DNA of 63,981 nt, counting the filler, from Trypethelium eluteriae (lineage: Eukaryota): NCBI GenBank assembly GCA_051942245.1. It is 3 parts of 3 records of this genome, joined end to end, with 100 filler letters (N's around TTAATTAATTAA, not from the genome) between each part and the next. Parts side by side here need not be neighbours in the genome. Positions count along the whole stretch, not along the records: positions 1 to 21,911 come from JAVECL010000456.1; positions 22,012 to 43,908 come from JAVECL010000457.1; 1 more part is not named here. The stretch is one strand, 5' to 3'. Positions within the stretch are counted from its first letter, which is position 1. Each line of letters begins with the position of its first letter. Made by a program: the position numbers and the translations under genes. Shown piece by piece: positions 13,158-25,305 of this stretch. A model generated the notes under the pieces. It worked only from the letters and a program-made list of their open reading frames with translations, ran no database searches and was not told where the DNA came from.

Positions 13158-16100
13158 ATGGAGGACGAGCTAGTCAACCTCTTGGACCAAACCCAATCCT
13201 CTATCGATAACACCCGACGACAAGCAGAACTACGCCTTCAGCAACTGCAGCAAAGCAATGAAGCATACCCTCTCGCACTGTCTTCAATAGCCGCACATGA
13301 TAGTGTTCCTGTGAGCATTCGCCAAGCCGCACTGCTCAACCTCAAAACCTACGTGCTTGCAAATTGGTCTTCTCAATTCGAGGAATTCAAAGGCCAGATT
13401 ATCCTTGGTGATAGCACCAAGAACACACTACGGCAAACGCTCCTTCAACTTGCAACTAATGGGAGAGAAGACAGAAAAGTTGAAAGCGCGGCAAGCTTCG
13501 TCGTCTCTAAGATCGCTAGCGCTGACTACCCTTCTGAATGGCCCGGTATGTTTGAGGACGTGTTGACCCTTTCATCCTACTTAACGATTGTATTGTGCTG
13601 ATCCAAAAATATCAGAATTACTTCCCCATCTTCTGCAAATCATACCCACCGGCTCCGATGGACAACTCCACGGTGCCATAAAAGTCCTGGGTGATCTCGT
13701 CGAAGAATGTTTCAGCGAATCTCAATTTTTTCCCGTGGCAAGGGAGCTTGTCAAAGTCCTTTATGATGTTGCGGTGGACGAGGGACGAAAACAGGTATCC
13801 TCTTCTTCTCCAGGTCTTATTACCTCAGTCGATGCTAACCAAATCCAATTAAAGACTCTGAGAGCGCTCGCAACCAAGGTCTTCCTTTTGATGCTTGATA
13901 CTCTTGAGATCTTAATGGAAGATCATAAGGACGCTATCAAAGCCTTCGCAGATGAAGCATTGAACTCAACATGGACACCCTTTTTAATGAATGTCTTGAA
14001 ATCCAGGCTACCCTCACCGCCATCAGAGGAGAATAAGGACATCGAACAAGTCGAGTCTTACCGTGGTTCAGTTGCATTGAAATTGCAGGCTATGAAGGTT
14101 GGACTCCCACTCAGCTCGGAACTTGGACTCTTCATGCTAACATCACCACAGGTTCTGATGCGTATCCGTTCTCTCTTTCCCTCAATGCTCGCACCGCAAA
14201 GCCCGGCAATGTTTTCTGCTGCTTGGGACGAACTTTCTGCTTTGCAGCCCGCATATCACGAAATGTACATCGAAAATGAGCGCCAGGGTCGCCTAGAAGA
14301 TGCCGACGGCCTACCTTATACACTGGATTTCCTTGTCCTTGAGGAGCTGGATTTCATGCAAGCATGCTTGAGAGCACCACCGGTCCGCAGAGAGCTCCAG
14401 CAACAGCTTCAGGCCCAGCAAGCTGCCAACGGACTGTCCAGTTCCAATTGGATGACCGAGGTCATGAGATTTGCGTTTGCGTATGCACAGATCACAACCG
14501 AAGAGGAAGGTCTCTGGGAAATCGACGTCAACATCTTTCTTTCTGAAGAGATAAGCATTACTACAAATTACACTCCACGAACAGCCTGTGGTGACCTGGT
14601 CATCAAACTGGGAGAATGGCTTAGCGATGCTACGGTTGACGGATTACTTTCTTACACCAGGACACTGTACTCGACAGAACAAGGCTGGAAGGCAAAAGAG
14701 GCTGCCCTGTATATTCTGAATCAATTGCTTGGCGATTTCCAAGATAGGGACCGTGGAATCAAGGCGGAGGCGGCTCATGGTTTTGTCGACTTCATTCGTT
14801 ACGCAATTCAGCAATCGGATAGCTTCCTCCGAGCCCGAGGCTACCTGGTAGCTGGGAACCTTACCAAGACGTCTGGAGATGCCCTCCAGCAGGTATCGGT
14901 GTCCTTCATGGAGATGTCCTTGCGGGCAATCTCCGAAGAACAATCGGAGGTCGTCAAGGTATCTTGCATCAAGGCGCTACAGTCTTACTTGCAAGCTCTC
15001 CCACCAGCTGTTACCTTACCAATGCAGGGAACGATAATCAACTCGCTTTCAAACCACCTACAAACCCAGGACCTTAATGACCTGATCGAGAGTGAGGACC
15101 TCTTAGTTACACTCGAAGAAACGTTGAGAGACGCTATACTCCTGGATACTCGTGTCTGCTTAGATGGCCCCGCTCTGAGTCTATTGTTCATGATTGCCAA
15201 CCATGGCGCGACCAATTTCCAGATCACTATGATTGCAAGCGAGACTTTTGAAGAGATATCAAGTACGATAGCTGCCTTAGGTACCGATGCCTACACGCGA
15301 TTGTGTGAGAAGGTACTTCCATCTCTTACTGGGATATTTGACGTTGGGTCTTTGACGCAAGAGAATGCTCTTACAAATGTGAGTCTTACCACTTCTTCTA
15401 TAGAGCGGTTGAGAACTGATCACGACTTTTGCTTTTGCACGCTACAGTTGGCCGCCGAACTCCTGTCCAAACTTGCAGAACATGGCCGAGAGCCCTTGCC
15501 ACACGGCTTCGTTGCTGCTGTTATGCCCAAACTGAACTTTCTACTCTTAAACTCGACAGACGAAGAACTGCTCCGTTCTGCCACTTCTGCTGTCAAATTC
15601 ATCCTCATCCATGACTACAGACAGCTATTTGAATGGCGCGACGAGTCCGGAAAGGGCGGCCTCGAAGTTGTTCTTGTCATCATTGATCGTCTGCTCAATC
15701 CCTCCGTAGAAGACAGTGCCGCAGCTGAAGTCGGAGGGCTCGCAGCCGAAGTCGTCGAGAAGGCAGGCGCCGAGCGATTGGGTCCATTCTTAATGCAGTT
15801 GCTCAAGGCTGTGGCAATGCGCTTGGCAAGCGCAAGCCAAGCTCAGTTCATCCAAAGTCTAATTATCGTCTTTGCTAGACTCAGTTTAGTGAGTGCTCAC
15901 GAGGTTGTCGATTTCCTGGCGCAGGTACAGGTCGGAAGTGAAAACGGATTGCAGGTGGTGATGTCGAAATGGCTTGAGAACTCCGTTATGTTTGCAGGAT
16001 ATGATGAGATACGGCAGAAGTAAGTGCCTAAAGTCACTGACAGCTTTTCTTCTACCCCCCATATTGTAGCCAAGCGCTAACTAAGTCTCGACACAGCGTT

Positions 16101-16709
16101 ATCGCGCTCTCGAAGCTATACAGTTTGCAAGACCCTCGTTTGTCACAGATTATGGTCAAAGGAGACCTGATTATTCCTCAAAGTGACCGCATCGTGACAA
16201 GATCGCGTGCTCGTCAGAGTACATGCTCCTCAATCTTCACATCACGATCAATCTCACTGAATTTTGCAGATCCTGACCAGTTTACCATCGTCCCTGCGCC
16301 TCTCAAAATCATTAAAGTACTTGTCGACGAGCTTCTCTCCGCAAGCGGCGCCCCGCGCGGCCCTGGTGTTGACCCCACCGCGGATTTCGGACTGGACGAC
16401 GACGACAGCGACGATGGAGACTGGGAAGACGATCCAGACACATTAGATTTGAGCGCCGGTGCCACCAAGCAGCGTAAGCCAGCCTTCCTTAGCTCCGAGT
16501 TTCATCCGGCATCCGACGATACGCTGACCAACTTGGCAGAACTCATGGCTTACGCAGATGAGCCCCAAACTCCGGCCAGGCAGCGCGACGATGAGACGCA
16601 AGCTTATCTGATCCAATTTTTCCGAGAGGTCGCCGAGAAGCCCGGCTTTGGCGATGTCTTCAACGCGCTAAGTCCCGAGGAGCAGGAGAAATTGAGATCG
16701 ATGAGTTGA
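13158..16709 (+). CDS. KAP114: Importin-9 / Kap114 (karyopherin beta family), 8 exons
   Basis: IBN_N-like start (RRQAELRL..IRQAALLNLK..W), DYPSEWP, HEAT-like helices, VKGDLI..RIVTRSR, acidic loop DDDSDDGDWED. Introns 13546-13615, 13795-13854, 14098-14151, 15379-15447, 16020-16096, 16219-16269, 16474-16539. Confidence 0.88.
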
Positions 16710-17217
16710 TCAATTGACACACTTTTTCTTTCGTTGATGGGTGGTCTCTTCCTTAATAGGCGAGGTTCTAGCTGTGAAGTATTCTAAAGAAAGCGCAGCA
16801 TTGCATTGGGAAGGAGTAAGCGGGAAATGACAGTGGCGAGGACTGCTGGAGGATCGAATTAGGGATTGCGGGAGTGTAGATGTATTAGACCTTTGACCTA
16901 GATATTTGTGCGGACTCCCACATAGCACTTATTGCAATCGAGCTTGACCTAATGAGGGACGTTTTTAAGCTGCCTAATTACTAAATGTGCTACGTATCTG
17001 TAGGCTCGCTGCAAGACTCAGGCACAAGTAGCCGATATTTTTGGCCTCATCAAGCAGATCTGGGTTATCGCTTGAGCTACGTCTGGTTTATGAGAGACAT
17101 GCTCGTAATATTCGGTTTCGAAGTAATCGACCTCTCATTCAACATCCGGGCTCCTCAAGGAACCAGTAGGAATATGGTGTAGAGAATATATACCATTCAA
17201 TGAAAGCTGACTAATCC

Positions 17218-17468
17218 AACTGGGAACGGTTCAAGTGGGAAGACGCCCGTCTTCGTTCTCTGGTGTTTCCTCGGCTAACCTGAAATGTGCCCGACCGAAC
17301 TCGGTAATGGTTGACCCACTCGCGTCGGTAACGCGCGATGCTAGGCAGCCCTAAGCATTCGGCTACGCTTCAGGCAAGCAATTGTGCAGAGTCGCCGGAA
17401 ATATCGAGTGGCTGGTTCGGACAACACGCTTTGGGCTGGAAATTGCTAGAGAATTTAGGGCGTCAACC
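17218..17468 (+). ncRNA. Signal recognition particle RNA (7SL/SRP RNA), ~250 nt
   Basis: Helix 8 CAGG-CAA-GCAA-TTG-TGCAG (17371-17389, GNRA loop, fungal AGG/UGCA internal loop). Helix 6 TCGCGTCG-GTAA-CGCGCGA (17320-17338, GNAR loop). Long helix 5 pairs GACGCCC/GGGCGTC, TTCTCTGG/CTAGAGAA, TTTCC/GGAAA and ACTCGGTA/TATCGAGT. TATATA ~30 bp upstream and a T7 run at the 3' end. Confidence 0.85.
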
Positions 17469-17475
17469 TTTTTTT
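17469..17475 (+). terminator. RNA polymerase III oligo-T terminator of the SRP RNA gene
   Basis: TTTTTTT immediately after the closing strand GGGCGTCAACC. Confidence 0.75.
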
Positions 17476-17720
17476 ACCTCGTCGACATTGGTGTTGACAG
17501 CCCCTTTTTTTTTCTTTTCTTCTCATCTGCCACGTATGTCTCACAATGTGTTCTGCATTACTGTCACTTTAAGCTCTAAAAATATGGCATTCTTAGGAGA
17601 TTTGTTTTACGAGATTATTATAATTCATGCGATCGAAAAATCTAGCTCTAGCTTTCGTAGGCCGATGTGTTGATAGAGTCGAGATCCGGCCTTCTCAATG
17701 GTAATGGCACTCATCGCTAT

Positions 17721-18865
17721 CTAATCTATCTGGATACAGACCTTGCCAAAGTGGCCCTGCTCAAATTGGTACTTGTACGCTTCCTTAATGTCCTCAAGTT
17801 TGAAGACCTTAGAATCGACGACTGGATGGAGATCAGCGGCTTCAACTGCTCGATTCATCTCCTCAAATTGCATTCGACTGCCAACAAGTACACCACGCGC
17901 CGTTGCTATATTTGTTAAGCAATCAAGGAAGGTGGGCTGGTCCTTCGTTTGGCCAGCGACAAAGCCGATGATGCTGATGACACCGTCGATCTGCCCTTAC
18001 TTAACAGATTGTTCGAGAAGCTTGGATGCATCATACCTTGATCGCCTTCAAAGATTGCTTCATGGTGACGGGCCCGGCGACCTCTACAACATGATTCACG
18101 CCCAAGCCGCCGGGCGTAAGCTTCTTCGCTGTCTCACCCCAGTTCTGGTCCTCCTTGTAATTAAGAACGTGGTCAGCTCCGAGTTTTTTGAGTCTATCGG
18201 CCTTTTCTTGCGAGGATGTGGTAGAGATGACCTTGCATCCCGCGGCTTTTGCGAACTGAAGTGCAAAAACACTGACACCACCGGTTCCCTGAGTTAAGAC
18301 CCAGTCACCTGGCTTGATAGCAGCACTGGAGAGGCCGTACAGGGCATTCCAAGCGGTAAGTCCCGCGCATGCGAGCGTAGCGCCTTCGAGGAAGTTGAGA
18401 TTGCTGGGCATATGAACGAGACCTTGCTCATCGTAAGCTCCATACTGCCTCAGCGTGCCATCCACAGTTCCGCCGACGCCCGTGGCACCGGTTTCAGGAG
18501 TGAGCGAGCCAGCAAGATGGCCTTGGTTGAAGAGAGTAAGGACCTTGTCTCCGGGCTTGAAGCGCGTTACGGCTTGCCCGACGGCCTCGACGACGCCAGC
18601 GCCATCACTCGCGGGTACGACATTCTCGCGTTGAGGGAAAGGATATTTTCCCAACACAATGATGAGATCACGGAAGTTGAGTGAGGCACCATGGACTGAT
18701 TGTAATCAGCACTCTGCTCGTATGCGGGCAACGGCCGGACCTACTTCGGACGAGAACTTGATTATCTTGGAGCTTGCTTGGCACCGGTCCCTCGCTGAAT
18801 TTCAATCCCTCGTCAAAACTCCCAGTCTTCACCACGTTCCATTGCTTCATTGTCTGAGGAGCCAT
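17721..18865 (-). CDS. Medium-chain dehydrogenase/reductase (quinone-reductase-like 'zinc-binding ADH' family)
   Basis: ASLNFRD, PASDGAGVV, ATLACAGLTAWNAL, TQGTGGVS Rossmann motif, C-terminal GHFGKVCIQID*; two introns. Confidence 0.9.
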
Positions 18866-19816
18866 AGTGCTTATCAGCTTTGTATCTTAACTCTGTGTCT
18901 TGGAGAATTTGATTGATAGTCAGCTAAAAGCGAGCGAGTCGATTGAAAAATTTGAAAGTGAAGGGACTGCTTCATGATGATCTTATAGTGTACATAGCGT
19001 ATCCATGACGTTAAGGGGAGCTTTCTCGGGCAATATTCTCGGTTCTAGCCGTTTACTAATACTCCGTACATGGTACACTATATGTCCGGCGGGGGCAAAG
19101 GCGTCCGAATTCGACTCAGGCCTGCTAAACAATAGTGTGTCTCTCTTATCTCATGTATGTTGGTGTTTATTCGTGACTCCTTTTGCTATTTGCTCTACGA
19201 ATATTGTGAAGTCTCTAATATTGGTACTCATTTATACGCAGAATTTGCTTTCAATCTACTTCTCCCTCGCAGGAGGGTTTTATTGTTGTTTGCGTGCTCT
19301 GTCTTAAATTTGGACGCTTTCTCTTCTGCCGAACAGACTGTGAAGAAGGGAAGCTCCGGAGATTTCTCGGCTTTCTTGCTTGGAAGATCTTGCTTGGACG
19401 GTCGCTGTCATCGTAGCTTGACAGATCAGGAAACGTTGACATATATAACTTAACCCTAGCTCGAGTCAAATGTCTGTTCATACGGAGCAATGACTTCTCA
19501 TCCAGATGTTTAGTGAGCATCGCTCCATGCAAGAGAATGTAAGTCCTGTCTTCAGTAATTTCCGTGGATTGCAACTGCGGAGAATACTTAGTTATGGGAA
19601 GAGCGTACAACCCATTCGACGGACGGATCCTCCATCGGTGTTAGTGACGTACTCGCCTACATGTCTGCTGAAATTTGCGACTCATCTGAAATCTGTTATT
19701 TGTTGTCGCTTGGCTTGAAGGCGGAGTGACAATGAAATTCTGGTCACATGTAACGATAGTATTGAGGAGTTGGCCGAAGATGGAAGTTTAATGAGAACCT
19801 GTGAGATCGCGGAAGC

Positions 19817-19835
19817 ACGCGTTGCGACAGCGCGT
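19817..19835. promoter_or_regulatory. MCB element(s) upstream of RAD18
   Basis: Perfect ACGCGT at 19817-19822 and GCGCGT at 19830-19835, ~50-70 bp before the ATG. Confidence 0.5.
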
Positions 19836-19886
19836 CTCCGCATTTGTAGCTGCCAAAATTACTCCTCTACCCAACAACAATATCCA

Positions 19887-21426
19887 ATGGAAAAGTATGA
19901 TGTCTCGGACCCCTCAGACTGGCTGGAAACTCACTTGACCGAATTCGCCCCTTTCGATGCCGCCCTTCGTTGCGAGGTCTGTAAAGATTATTACAATACA
20001 CCCATGATTACAAGCTGCACACACACCTTCTGCTCTCTTTGTATACGCCGCACATTGGCAGCAGACGGCAAATGTCCGATCTGTCGAAGCAATGATCAAG
20101 CAAGTAAACTACGGCGAAATGGTGCCATGGAGGAGCTAGTCGAGATGTTCAAAGTCGCTCGACCGGTGGCGTTGAGGCTTGCACAGAAAGAAAAAATAAG
20201 TCCGGATAGAAGTACGGCCAGACCAAGATCAAAGTCTAAGCGGAAAGCCGCAGATGCAGATTTGGAGGAGGAAGCTCAAAGATCAAGCCAGAAAAGGAAG
20301 ACGCGAGGTCAAAGTCGCAGAGACGCACCAACCGAGTCACCAGAGGTCATGGTTATCGACAATGAGGAGGATGGAGACTATCAGCCCGATGATGATCTTG
20401 TACCCTGTCCAATCTGCCACAAGAGGATGAAGCAGGAGGCTGTCTTTTCACATCTGGATCACTGTGAGGAGGAACAAGAGCAAGATAGAAGAAGAGCTCG
20501 CACACGGTCAGCACGTTATCCTTTTCTTGTCTTGAATTATACACGTGCTAATTTTTTACAGGACACCAAACTCTGCCAAGCCAACTCTAGGGAGCTCCAA
20601 GTCGCAGTTGTCATCAAAGCCTCCAGAACGGATCGCCGAGCTGAGCTATGGCCTTCTCACAGAAAAAGCGCTGAGAAAGAAGCTTTCAGATCTTGGTATC
20701 CCTTCCTGGGGCTCGAGAACACTTCTCATAAAACGGCACACAGAATGGGTTAACCTTTGGAATGCGAACGCAGATTCCCTCAATCCACGGTCAAAAAGAG
20801 ACCTCCTAAATCAATTAGACGTATGGGAACGAACCCAAGGTGGACATGCGCTGAACTCTGCTGCAGCGCCAAATCACGCGGATGCAGTCATGAGCAAGGA
20901 GTTTGATGGGGTCGGCTGGGCACAAAGTAATAAAAGCGACTTCGACAAGTTAATAGCAGAAGCGCGTAGGAAAGCAAAGAAGCTTGGGGAAGGACAACAA
21001 GAGAGCGAGGCTATGATGAAAGAGGAGGATGAGGGTTCGAGTAAAGCTCGTACGGATGAAAGGTCTACAAACGTCAAGACGACGAACGAGTCATCAACGC
21101 CTGTAACAGCTGCACCACCACCTCCGTATCTTAAACATAGCGACTCCCTTGAACGTGCGAAAGAGAAGATACACGGCTCTCGACGTTTGAGCGATGCGAG
21201 CTCCACGTCTCTGGCTCCTGAAGCTACAAGGCCTCACACAGAGATTCGCGACTCTGTGGCCGAAAATGGAGCGGAAGGATTAAGCGCAGAAGAGCTCTTT
21301 CGAGCTGAGGAAAGACGGGCTTCAATATCGTCGTTTTCTCCGACACATACTAAAGGAGCTGAAAGGGTTCCTATGCTCAAAGTACCGGAGCACCCTGTTA
21401 GAGATGTCGATGGTGGGAAGAGCTAG
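19887..21426 (+). CDS. RAD18: Postreplication-repair E3 ubiquitin ligase Rad18 (RING, UBZ, SAP)
   Basis: DPSDWL, RING CEVCKDYYNTPMITSCTHTFCSLCIRR..CPICR, UBZ VPCPIC..HLDHC, SAP LRKKLSDLGI..RHTEWVNLWNAN; intron ~20507-20561. Confidence 0.92.
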
Positions 21427-21559
21427 GATATCGAGTACTAATACGTTGATGTATCATGATGGGAAGCCATCTTGGATTGTGTATAACCAAACTCCGCCCG
21501 CAGGCGAAAGACCGCCTAAACTGTATCTAATATTGGGCCTATCCTACCATGTCATGCCG

Positions 21560-22159
21560 TTATTCCGCTGGTATTGCTGGATTTGACTGCGACTCATTCG
21601 TTGCTGCCTGCTCCTCATCCACAGACATGCCTTCGACCCGCTCTGTAGCTTGTCTCACCGGCATCTCCTCTTTCCCTCCACTCTTTCCTTCCAATGCCTC
21701 ACTTGTCATGCCACCATTCTCTCCCTCCTCCCTACTCGCCACCACCCTCTCCCCCTCTCCTTGCTCCAACACCGCCAGTCTCCTCCTCGTCTCCTCCGCC
21801 TCCCTCTCCTCCCTCTCCTCCCTCACCCTCTTCTCCTTCTCCCTCACCTCCCTCTCCAACTCCTCAAACTCCTCCTCCACCTCCCCTTCCTCCACGCTCT
21901 CCGCCCCAACCNNNNNNNNNNNNNNNNNNNNNNNNNNNNNNNNNNNNNNNNNNNNTTAATTAATTAANNNNNNNNNNNNNNNNNNNNNNNNNNNNNNNNN
22001 NNNNNNNNNNNCGGCGTGGTGGGTTGAGGTGTCGGAGGTTGATGATGTGTCTGCTTCGTGTGGTGGTTTGGAGGACGAGGCGTGAGGTTGGGGAGGTGGA
22101 AGGGTGATGGGTTGCATTGGGATGGGACTTTGGTCGTCTGATTTAGTGGGGCGGCTCAT
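21560..22159 (-). CDS. Hypothetical low-complexity protein with Glu/Arg coiled coil, interrupted by a scaffold gap
   Basis: MSRPTKSDDQSPIPMQPITLPPP before the gap and EEEFEELEREVREKEKRVREERE after it, same strand; joining across the gap is assumed. Confidence 0.5.
21912..22011. other. Artificial scaffold gap (44 N + TTAATTAATTAA six-frame stop linker + 44 N)
   Basis: Exactly 100 nt, symmetric, identical in design to the gap at 43909-44008. Confidence 0.97.
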
Positions 22160-23224
22160 TGTTGCTGTGCTCAAGGTGTGGTCGCTGGTGGTTAGAGTTT
22201 TTCGAGTATGTTTGTGGGTATGGCGACGTCTAGCCGGCGTTGAAGCTAGGGTCGTGGACCTATGTTCGCGTCGAAGATGTTTTTGCGATCTGCCGGATGC
22301 TTTTGGGATTCTTGAGGATTTGGAGACGTTCCCCCCACCCAATAAGGGCGTGGAAAGTTTTCTCTGTCTTTGTAAGTTGCCCTGAACCGAATCTTCCATG
22401 ACTGACTGGAGCTAACCAGTGGATTGTCAGCATTGCCCAAGTATACCTGGGAGGTTCAACAGCATGAAACGCGTTGTTTTCCTATATATACGGTACGCTG
22501 ATAAGTGTTGCTCTGGTGTGCGAGGGGTCCAGCCCGTTGTGTGTGACTTGCGTACATCGCTGCTGCATGTAAAAGAATCTCCATTGATCACACAAATACC
22601 GAGGTGATCAACACTCTTAGTAAGAATTGAGAGTTCACACAGCCTGACGCAAAGTGAGAGGTTTCTGCTGAACCATATTGAGCGCTTTCCAGCTATCAAC
22701 AAATCTTGAAGAGTAAGTAGGTTTCCGAATGTGGGTAGGTACGCAGAATATATCCAGCGTTTCCAGTGATAGTCATCGCGGAAGTCCTGCTAGTGCCGCT
22801 AAGCACGTCAGACAAACAATGTTGAAGGATCAAAAGAAACCCCAATTGAACTACTATTTAGCTATAGAGAACGGTTTTCAAGCGTGGCGAGCTTGTAGAT
22901 ATTTAAATCGGCTCTGGAGAACCTCATCCCAAACCGGGGTCATCTCCGCCATCCTACCTACGCGGTATGCACGCGGCATGCCTGTCTGTTTTGCCGTGAA
23001 ATATTTTACTAGTTCGAGATTTGTTAAGGGTTTCATTCTTCTTGCACTAATCTCGAGGAGCCACAGTACAGTATAGACGGGTAGATGAGGTCTGTTAATT
23101 CTTGTATTCGGTATTTTTATATTATCTTTCAAGATTTAAGTATTGTAAGAGGTATATACAGATGTTGAGGCGGTCTATGTCAAAATTCGACGCTTATTTC
23201 TTGCCCAGGAAATATGTACAGGAC

Positions 23225-24739
23225 TCAAGCGAAGCCGGTATTGACCTTGAAACTCGCGTCATCGTTGAATAAGGAGGCGGCGTCGAAGAATTGAACGCCG
23301 CCATTGCTCGCGATGTAGGTCACGTTGTTGTAGTGACGGAAGTAGCGGGTGGGATAGCCCCAAGCTCGAATCGAGCTTCCCTGGCCGTCAAGGCCGGTCT
23401 CAGGGCAGAAGGTGGCGTCTTCGGCGAATTGCTTGCTGCCATCGTTGGAGTTGAGCAGGAGCACAAAGTTGTTGTGCCGTATGTAGCTTCCGGGGGTGTC
23501 CCTAGACTCGAAGGAGAAGCAGGCGCTGTTGCCCAGGCCGGTGTGAACCGTCCAGCTGGCTTGCTGTTTGAGAGTGGTGCTGCTGGACGACGAGACGATT
23601 TGGGTATTGACGGTAGAGCCGGTGTGCGCGATGTAGCGTGTTGTGTAGCCAGGAGTAGTGGCCTGCAGCGAGATTGAAGAACCGACGCTGAGTGCTGTGC
23701 CGCTGGTTAACGAGGTAGTGGCGTATTTGGCGGCTACGATATTGGCCTGAACCGAGGCTTCCGTGGCATCGGACGGATAGCCGGAGGTCATCACGCCCTC
23801 GTAGAAGGTGCCCTGCGCGCCGTTGCTGTTGTCGCCGCCGATGCCGAGAAGGATGGCGCCTTCTTTGTGCATTGGGTTGTAGCCACTTGGGCGCACGCCG
23901 CTATAGTACGTCGATAGCGAACCGGACGCAGCATTTCCGCCGCGGATTGCCCACTGATTTGGCTCCCCCTTGACGACGGTAGTGAGGAAGCGGTCGGAGA
24001 TGGTTGGGTCGGCAGAGTTCAACTTAGTTTTCTGGCCAGAGAACAAGTTGTTCTCGAGATCAGCCATGATCCAAGGGCCGTTGCCGGAGCCGAAGCCCCA
24101 GATAGTGCAGGTGCCAAAGTAGATAGCCTCCATGTGGCCGCTGCCCGTATCGGTGTTGCTGGTCTCGGCGTTGCCGTAGTCGAAGCAGCATTGATCGTTG
24201 TAATGGGTCCCATCGAAGACTGCGTACATACCCTGGGCAGCATCGCCTGTAGCTGTACCGCTGGCGGCGTCGTGGCGGTAGCCAGTGCCGGGCGAAACGA
24301 AGACGCCGTACGCTTTCTGACCGTTCAGCGTAACCGGTGCGCCAGTTGCGCTGGCCAGGTTGTCGTAGCCATTAGATTCCGGGCCCCTAAAGCCGCCAGG
24401 CGGAGCCTGGGTGAGATGGTTACCGCGGCCGGACTGGTCGTAAATGATGGTAATGAGGCAGGTCGTGCTGGCGCAGAAGGAGTCTTGGGCGGCAGCATTG
24501 GCGACACCGCCGGCGGACAGTGGCGCGATGTTGGCCGTGGTATTGTCGGAGCCGCGTTTCACTTGGTAGAGTGAGCCGCTGAAGGCGCTATACAAGGCGC
24601 GTGTGGTGCTGTGCGCGGCGACGCAGGGTGTGCCGCCGGAGGCATAGATATCACAGGGCCCGGCAGCGACGAGGGAGCTCGTGACGACAAGGCCTAGAGC
24701 GAACACGTAGGCGCGTTCGAGGCTCGGTCGTGAAAACAT
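23225..24739 (-). CDS. abfB: Alpha-L-arabinofuranosidase B (GH54 catalytic domain + CBM42), secreted, intronless
   Basis: GPCDIYASGGTPCVAAHSTTRALY, CCFDYGNAE, GHMEAIYFG, GPWIMADLENNLF, GIGGDNSNGAQGTFYEG; CBM42 YIRH/FAEDATFC/YFRHY. Confidence 0.97.
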   Translation of the reverse strand: MFSRPSLERAYVFALGLVVTSSLVAAGPCDIYASGGTPCVAAHSTTRALYSAFSGSLYQVKRGSDNTTANIAPLSAGGVANAAAQDSFCASTTCLITIIYDQSGRGNHLTQAPPGGFRGPESNGYDNLASATGAPVTLNGQKAYGVFVSPGTGYRHDAASGTATGDAAQGMYAVFDGTHYNDQCCFDYGNAETSNTDTGSGHMEAIYFGTCTIWGFGSGNGPWIMADLENNLFSGQKTKLNSADPTISDRFLTTVVKGEPNQWAIRGGNAASGSLSTYYSGVRPSGYNPMHKEGAILLGIGGDNSNGAQGTFYEGVMTSGYPSDATEASVQANIVAAKYATTSLTSGTALSVGSSISLQATTPGYTTRYIAHTGSTVNTQIVSSSSSTTLKQQASWTVHTGLGNSACFSFESRDTPGSYIRHNNFVLLLNSNDGSKQFAEDATFCPETGLDGQGSSIRAWGYPTRYFRHYNNVTYIASNGGVQFFDAASLFNDDASFKVNTGFA

Positions 24740-25305
24740 GTCTGATCACGTTTGGTAGGGGAAGGATGGGACAAACACGCTTGGGAGCGTTTTAGACATA
24801 TCGACGAGAGGCTCGCATTTTGTAGGTCTTTAAGCCGCGTAGTGTCTGGCCTGTCTTGTCAGAATCTCCATCTAATCTGTTAAAATGCCCGTCCTCTAGA
24901 TTGAGGGGGGCACGCGTAGCCAAAGGGGTAGGAATTTCCTCCAATAGCTAATGGATAAAGTGTATCAGAGAGCTTGAGCAGCGAAAGCACAAGCACAAGT
25001 ACCGTTTCCAGCGTGATCACAAGCTATGAATAGATGCCTAGAGAGCAAAAGCTTGCAGGGGTGGTGTTCAATTTTTCGATTTTCCCCTCGTCCTTATGAC
25101 CTCCACTAGTAGAGCAGGGAGTATCGGAGGCAGGTCGATGAAATAACCTTCTGACAAAGTGAAGCTAAAACTCGCCGGCATTTGCCCATAGCGACAACAA
25201 GCCAAAAGGAGACGACAATGAAAAGCGCATGTTTGTACAGTTCCAGGTTAGCTTCGGAAAGACCGGGACAACCCCGTCGAGATGGTAGATAGACCTGGGT
25301 AAAGG

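Noticed and set aside
17338..17673. Short ORFs 17338-17673 and 17382-17579
   Set aside because: They have no protein-like features and overlap the SRP RNA and T-rich terminator region.
21650..21911. Pro-rich plus-strand ORFs and CT-rich tract as extensin-like gene or microsatellite
   Set aside because: They are the antisense shadow of the Glu/Arg-rich minus-strand CDS.
21956..21967. TTAATTAATTAA palindrome (also at 43953-43964) as a piggyBac-like TTAA target or biological repeat
   Set aside because: It is centred in symmetric N-runs totalling 100 nt, so it is an inserted six-frame stop linker.
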